Part shown: positions 58,879 to 64,000 of the stretch, piece by piece | How positions within the stretch are numbered: position 1 is the first letter of the stretch | Layout of the letters: each line of letters begins with the position of its first letter | Assembly: GCA_050633245.1 (NCBI GenBank) | Contig: JBOEGD010000004.1 | Location: 159,095 to 223,094, forward strand | Reading direction: 5' to 3' | Source: Calditrichia bacterium | GTDB lineage: Bacteria > Calditrichota > Calditrichia > RBG-13-44-9 > J075 | DNA: 64,000 bases | Notes under the pieces: generated by a model | The model's database searches: none | What the model was told of the DNA's origin: nothing | Seen by the model: the letters and a program-made list of their open reading frames with translations, nothing else | Made by a program: the position numbers and the translations under genes

Positions 58879-60105
58879 ATGAAAATGATGCCGGATCAAA
58901 TCCCTCCTGAACTCTCCTCTAAATACCTGCACCCGGTAATCGTCATAGGCAATTCCTCTACAAACTCTTTAGGTGTTATTCGTGCATTTGGTCGGAGGGG
59001 TATTCCTGTTTTTACAATTTCAACAGACTCTGCACGGTCTGCGATGAACAGAAGTCGTTATGTGAAAAAGCAGATCACAATTAACTCATGGCAGGCAAAT
59101 GATCTGAAAGAAGCACTGTTGAGCATAGAAGCCCGGCAGATCGCAGAGCAGTATGTTGTCTTTCCTACTACCGATGCTGCGCTTCTTGAGTACTCATTAG
59201 TGCGCGGTGGATTAGGCGGATCTTTTGTTGATATGGTGCCGCAGCGGCGCATGGTAGAATTTTGTATCAATAAGAATCAATTTTACGACTTTTGCGAACG
59301 TTCGAATATTGCACATCCAACGAGTTTCTTTCTAAATGGTTCGCTTCCAGCTGAGGTGGAAATTCGTAAAACCAAAACGTTTCCTCTGGCAGTAAAGCCG
59401 GTGCAATCTCATGATTTTTCTATACGGTTTCAGAGGAAATTGTTTGTTGCCGACTCTTATCGGGAGTTACAGCAGCTGTATAGATTAATTAATAGCGGAG
59501 ATCCCCCAATGTTGCTTCAGGAATTAATTACCGGGGACAATTTCTATATGGTTTCATTTTTTCGCGCTAATGCCGGTAAGCAATGGGCTGCAGCTGGTTT
59601 GAAAAAAGTGAGACAGTCTCCGACGGATCACGGAACTGGAAGCATCGTCGAGATTTACAACGATGAAAAGTTAATTGAGCGCTCTGCTGAGATTTTGGAG
59701 AAGATAGGCTATGAGGGAATTGGTGAGATCGAATTTAAAATTGACCCTGTCTCTGGCGAAGCAAAGGTCTTGGAAATTAATGCGCGTTCGGTCACCTTTA
59801 ATCGACTTATAGCCCTGTCCGGTTTAGACCTTGAATATTTATATTACCTCGCCAGCCTAAAGTTACTGCCTGAGTCTTTTGTCCTAAGTGCACCGGAGAA
59901 AATATTGCGCTGGGTAGATTTTTTTAAGGACTTTGGCAGTGCGCTATCCAGTTGGCGTGATAATAGTCTTACGCTATCCGAATGGTTCCGAGAATATCGG
60001 AGGTCTGATATGGAAGGTTACTTTGCGAAGGATGATTTGCGCCCCTTTATTGTTGAGGGACGCAATTTCTTATCTTCTGGCCTAAGACATGTATTTCGAC
60101 GTTAG
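58879..60105 (+). CDS. ATP-grasp carboxylate-amine ligase (D-aspartate-ligase-like)
   Basis: LGVIRAFGRRGI, SRYV, FPTTD, NKNQFY, FPLAVKP, QELITG, EIEFKID, LEINAR, DDLRP. Confidence 0.8.
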   Translation: MKMMPDQIPPELSSKYLHPVIVIGNSSTNSLGVIRAFGRRGIPVFTISTDSARSAMNRSRYVKKQITINSWQANDLKEALLSIEARQIAEQYVVFPTTDAALLEYSLVRGGLGGSFVDMVPQRRMVEFCINKNQFYDFCERSNIAHPTSFFLNGSLPAEVEIRKTKTFPLAVKPVQSHDFSIRFQRKLFVADSYRELQQLYRLINSGDPPMLLQELITGDNFYMVSFFRANAGKQWAAAGLKKVRQSPTDHGTGSIVEIYNDEKLIERSAEILEKIGYEGIGEIEFKIDPVSGEAKVLEINARSVTFNRLIALSGLDLEYLYYLASLKLLPESFVLSAPEKILRWVDFFKDFGSALSSWRDNSLTLSEWFREYRRSDMEGYFAKDDLRPFIVEGRNFLSSGLRHVFRR

Positions 60106-61001
60106 AACTGGGTCATCTTGCGAAGGTGCTCTACTCTGGAATCGATGTCACTCTGCCGTAGGTCGCGCAGGCGATTGAAGCTGAAATCTTCTACTATAAA
60201 CGAAGCGACTACAGCGCCGTGTGCAATGGCATTGCGAAGTGTAATATCGTCAAAGTTCTTTTCTCTAGCGAGATAACCCAAAAAGCCGCCGGCAAAACTG
60301 TCTCCAGCGCCGGTAGGATCCATAACCTGTTCAACGGGATATGCCGGAGCGAGAAAAACTCCCTGACTGTCTATAAGAACTGCACCGTGTTCACCTTTTT
60401 TTACAACGATTGCTCTCGGCCCCATAGACAATACTTCGCTTGCGCCCTCATATAGGCTATGCTTGCCTGTTAAATCGAAAAGCTCTTCATCATTTACGAT
60501 AAGAACGTCAACGCGATTAATAAGCTCCAGCAATGATTCACGTGCGATGTCGATCCATAAGTTCATAGTGTCTAATACGACAAGTTCCGGCTTTGTCAGT
60601 TGATCTAAAACGTCGTGCTGAAGCTGCGGCTGAATGTTCGCCAGAAATACGAACTTATCATCTTTGTAATGGTCAGGAATTACCGGTTTGAAGTTTTCGA
60701 AGACATTCAAATCGGTAAAAAGAGTATCGCGCCGATTCATATTTTTATGATACTTGCCGCCCCAGCGGAACGTCTTGCCTTTTTCTGTGGTCAGACCGCT
60801 GAGATCAACATCATGTTGTTTAAGGAACTCTATTTTATCCCAGGGGAAATCTTCGCCGGCGATACCAACAACATGTATCGGGGCATATGTCTTTGACGCT
60901 GCGCTGAAGTGCAATGCAGAGCCACCAACAGCTTCCGGATCTTTACCAAAAGGAGTTTCAACTGAATCGATTGCTACTGAACCTACTACAAGAACGGACA
61001 T
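60102..61001 (-). CDS. PfkB-family carbohydrate kinase
   Basis: VVGSVAID, GGSA, VKKGEHGA, DPTGAGDSFAGG. Confidence 0.93.
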   Translation of the reverse strand: MSVLVVGSVAIDSVETPFGKDPEAVGGSALHFSAASKTYAPIHVVGIAGEDFPWDKIEFLKQHDVDLSGLTTEKGKTFRWGGKYHKNMNRRDTLFTDLNVFENFKPVIPDHYKDDKFVFLANIQPQLQHDVLDQLTKPELVVLDTMNLWIDIARESLLELINRVDVLIVNDEELFDLTGKHSLYEGASEVLSMGPRAIVVKKGEHGAVLIDSQGVFLAPAYPVEQVMDPTGAGDSFAGGFLGYLAREKNFDDITLRNAIAHGAVVASFIVEDFSFNRLRDLRQSDIDSRVEHLRKMTQF

Positions 61002-61106
61002 GTTTTTCCTCTCATCGCAGATGCCTGATGGTTGTACAGAAACCTCAGATTCATCGGCAAAACTGTGTGATAAATTATTTGGGGTTAACGTTGGGTGGGA
61101 ATACCC

Positions 61107-61487
61107 TTAAGACACCTCGTCAGAAATCTTGTTGGCAGGTGCTTCATCTTTTACCTCAATACGTTTTGCATCGGCCCAAAGGCGTTCCAGGTCGTAAAAA
61201 TCACGAGTACCTGGCTTAAAGATATGTAGGACCACTTCAATATAGTCAAGTAATACCCAACTCAGTTTCGTCATTCCTTCACGATGCCAGGCGCGAATAC
61301 CTTCGTTTCTTAATTCCTTTTCTACGTGAGTAGCGATAGTTCTGACATGAACATCGGATTCGCCGCTGGCAATAACAAAATAATCTGCTACATCGGATAG
61401 CGTTTGTAGATCAAGAATGACAAGATCTTTGCCTTTTTTATCAAGAATAAGGTTACATATTTTATCTGAAAGTTCTTTTCCCGTCAT
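61107..61487 (-). CDS. rsfS: Ribosome silencing factor
   Basis: DKKGKD, ADYFVIASG, WVLLDY..VVLHIF..RDFYDLERLW. Confidence 0.95.
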   Translation of the reverse strand: MTGKELSDKICNLILDKKGKDLVILDLQTLSDVADYFVIASGESDVHVRTIATHVEKELRNEGIRAWHREGMTKLSWVLLDYIEVVLHIFKPGTRDFYDLERLWADAKRIEVKDEAPANKISDEVS

Positions 61488-61495
61488 AACTTCGA

Positions 61496-62152
61496 TTATC
61501 TCCTGAAGGGGGTTAGATTGCGGTAGTCTGCGCCGAGTACTATTGTAGCGTCCAGCTGAAGATTTGAATTTTTGTTTGTGCGAACCGTTGACGCATCTAT
61601 TCCGAGCAAGTTTGCTACCTTAGAGGGAAACTCCAGATTACCGGTTCTATCAATTACTTCAGTTTTCTGTAAATTGAAATGGCGAAAATTTCCACTGGAA
61701 ACAACGTCAATGCCTTTATTACGCAGAAAGGCTGTCACCTGCTTTGCAAGACCGCTAACTCCGCAGCCGTTAAGAATTTCTACTTGAATTCTTCTGGTAA
61801 CAGGCTGAGGTTGAGGATTTTCCACCGGCTCTTCAGTCGTCGTTGCTGCCGGTTGATCATTGCCTTGAGGCTGACGACCAGATTCCATGTCATCCAATCC
61901 CGCCGGTGTTACAGGCTGTTCAGCGATCGGTTGTCCGGTGACTTCGGCTCCGAAGGCACGCAAGCTATCCCAGTTTGTGTAAAGCAGAATCGTGGTAATA
62001 CCACAGAGCAGCAGAAAGATCAACAGTGAGTAAACTGATCCGCCACCGCCGTTTTGCGGTGATCTGTGTTTACCCGAAGATGATGATCCCTGCTTTTGCG
62101 TCATGCGTTTTACAGCTGGATTAGAAAGATTTTTGCGGGTACGTTTTGCCAA
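61496..62152 (-). CDS. LytR C-terminal domain membrane protein
   Basis: One TM helix, low-complexity linker, VEILNGCGVSGLA...TIVLGADY. Confidence 0.88.
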   Translation of the reverse strand: MAKRTRKNLSNPAVKRMTQKQGSSSSGKHRSPQNGGGGSVYSLLIFLLLCGITTILLYTNWDSLRAFGAEVTGQPIAEQPVTPAGLDDMESGRQPQGNDQPAATTTEEPVENPQPQPVTRRIQVEILNGCGVSGLAKQVTAFLRNKGIDVVSSGNFRHFNLQKTEVIDRTGNLEFPSKVANLLGIDASTVRTNKNSNLQLDATIVLGADYRNLTPFRR

Positions 62153-62174
62153 CGTGTGGCCTCATTCCGTGAAA

Positions 62175-62627
62175 TTAACGTGTTCTTCTGTAGGGAGAGT
62201 AATACAGCGGAGCATATGGTGTTGATTCGACCCCAAGCGTCAAGGATACATTGGAAGAAGGTGTATACTCCAGTTCTGCTCCACCAAAGAATCGGGCATT
62301 ATTCAGAGCATTCAGCGTAGGATTATCTTTAAACGAATTATAGGGCGTATTCATAACCCCGACGTTTAAACGCAGGCTTAGTGGATCGGCAAATTGATAG
62401 TTTAACGTGCCGACATAACTATTTAATAGCATGCCTCCGCCACCAAAACCCATATAACTCGAGGAAAACGAATGATGAATATCTAATTTCGATGTGTCAA
62501 TCCAACCAAAGAGCAACGATGTGGCTGGTTGCCGTAATGCTGCTTCTGTATCGCGATTTGCGTCAGTCTTCAGCTGTGCAAAAGTAAGCGTCGGTAAGAT
62601 GAGACCGAGAAATAATAAGCGCTTCAT
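62175..62627 (-). CDS. Hypothetical exported protein
   Basis: Signal peptide MKRLLFLGLILPTLTFA, beta-strand-rich body, GGAGAG RBS. Confidence 0.75.
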   Translation of the reverse strand: MKRLLFLGLILPTLTFAQLKTDANRDTEAALRQPATSLLFGWIDTSKLDIHHSFSSSYMGFGGGGMLLNSYVGTLNYQFADPLSLRLNVGVMNTPYNSFKDNPTLNALNNARFFGGAELEYTPSSNVSLTLGVESTPYAPLYYSPYRRTR

Positions 62628-62742
62628 AAAACTCTCCACAGTTTAACACGCAGCTTACCTGCTGGTGTGGTAAAAGATAACCTTCCGGATAAGTAAAAGA
62701 AAGTGAATTCTGTTTACATCTATCCGGAAATGGTTTATGTAT

Positions 62743-63726
62743 TTACTCAACGGGGTTGTCTGCAGTTCCCGGCTCGCCGTCCAAATGTTCAAACGGCTTC
62801 TCCGTCTCTGCTGTTTCGGGCTCCTGCTGCTCGTCTGGCTGCGGAGGTGGTGCGGGATCTTCGCTTTGGCTACCCGATGCCTGGTCCCCCGTGTTATTAG
62901 CCTGGCGAACAAAATAATTAAACCAGCAGACGAAATTTTCTATGGTCATTGCCGCATTTTGATTCGCCTTTTCATAGTAGCGTTTATAGTCAGCTTGTTT
63001 GGGCGTAAGTTGCGGAATTGCTTCATTGGTGTTGCTCGATTCTTCGATCTCTACACTAGATCTGTTTTGTGCGTACCAATCGTAATCACCTGTATATAGA
63101 ACCCGACCACTTAATAAAATTCCATGAATAGGGGGAAGGTGGCGAACCTTGTGAACATTTAATTTAATTCGACTACTTGGGCTGGAAAACCTCTTTTGTT
63201 GTTTTTCAATTTCTGTACAAACGCTTAATGCGGCATTTGCCAGTCCTGTTTGATCTTCATTATTCAGAAAGTGTACATCGCTCAAAACGAAATCTACATC
63301 CAGAGTTCCATGAAGCCCGAGTTTTCCAACATTATTAAATATCTTATCATTAATAAATTTCCATTCATCGAAGCCGGAAATTGATATGACCTGAATCCTT
63401 GAATAGCCGCTCGCACTAATATCCCTGTCAATATCAGACGATATTTTTCGCGAGGCGTTCATAAAGTTAAAGAATTGACGCGCTTGCCATATATGCTCCG
63501 TTAGCAATACATAAATATTAATAATGATAACGGACAGTAGAAACAAGAAGCCGGCAACTAAAATAATTAACGCCACTGGTTTTAGGTTATAATATAATGA
63601 TGCTACTGACAAGCCGGCTAATAGACCAATAAATAGAAAACTTAATAGCATGCTGTTTTTTCTACTTTGGAGAAGAATTGTCAGCCATTGCCAAGTGTTA
63701 TTGATCTTAGTAATAAAAATTTGCAT
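62743..63726 (-). CDS. Hypothetical protein with two N-terminal TM helices
   Basis: 327-aa ORF, AGGAGA RBS, visibly AT-rich; soluble alpha/beta domain and acidic Pro/Gln tail. Confidence 0.75.
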   Translation of the reverse strand: MQIFITKINNTWQWLTILLQSRKNSMLLSFLFIGLLAGLSVASLYYNLKPVALIILVAGFLFLLSVIIINIYVLLTEHIWQARQFFNFMNASRKISSDIDRDISASGYSRIQVISISGFDEWKFINDKIFNNVGKLGLHGTLDVDFVLSDVHFLNNEDQTGLANAALSVCTEIEKQQKRFSSPSSRIKLNVHKVRHLPPIHGILLSGRVLYTGDYDWYAQNRSSVEIEESSNTNEAIPQLTPKQADYKRYYEKANQNAAMTIENFVCWFNYFVRQANNTGDQASGSQSEDPAPPPQPDEQQEPETAETEKPFEHLDGEPGTADNPVE

Positions 63727-63976
63727 TCCGTATCTCCTAAATGGATTCAGATCTAGGTTGAAGTGGCTCTGAGCAAGGACAGATGTCGGGGAGATTTTAG
63801 TCTTACGATTATTTCTAATATTATATTTATTATCCGAATTTCAATCCAGATAACAAAATTTTCGAAGTATTTACAACTTTTTGCTCCCGTTAAACAAAAA
63901 TGATTGACGGCAGGGTAATGCAAACGTAATTTATCAGTGAGCCAGATTATAGAATTGACTTCAAAAAGCAGCTAGC

Positions 63977-64000
63977 TTGACTATTGACTATTGACTATTG
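63977..64000. repeat. Heptamer tandem repeat (TTGACTA)n, truncated by window edge
   Basis: TTGACTA three times plus TTG. Confidence 0.9.

Overview
A 64-kb, gene-dense bacterial chromosomal segment. Five secreted proteins end in a 'YPNPFN...' T9SS-type/FlgD-like C-terminal domain, which suggests an FCB-related lineage such as Calditrichota or KSB1 (inference). Housekeeping content: acs-actP acetate operon, fused 2-oxoacid dehydrogenase E1, mtaB, tricorn protease, POT transporter, metH, an AmgK-like kinase, a TatT/DctPQM TRAP system, ffs-dnaX-ybaB-recR, pfkB-rsfS-LytR_C. A GAF/sigma-54 activator at the left edge is missing from the ORF track. No transposase, integrase, rRNA, CRISPR array or complete tRNA was seen. 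Most notable observations: (1) a 60-nt CCA-ending tRNA-like RNA without a normal anticodon arm, with its own promoter, 4 nt upstream of the SRP RNA; (2) an A9 slippage site in dnaX with immediate stops in both shifted frames; (3) an SF2 helicase gene bracketed by a covarying 31-nt-period repeat family, plus heptamer repeats at other accessory-gene junctions; (4) a cluster of two ATP-grasp ligases, a GNAT and a WD40 protein; (5) an apparently circularly permuted lamin-tail domain; (6) an unnamed Cys-bracketed domain shared by two surface proteins; (7) a frameshifted DUF695-like gene. All calls were made by eye, without database searches.
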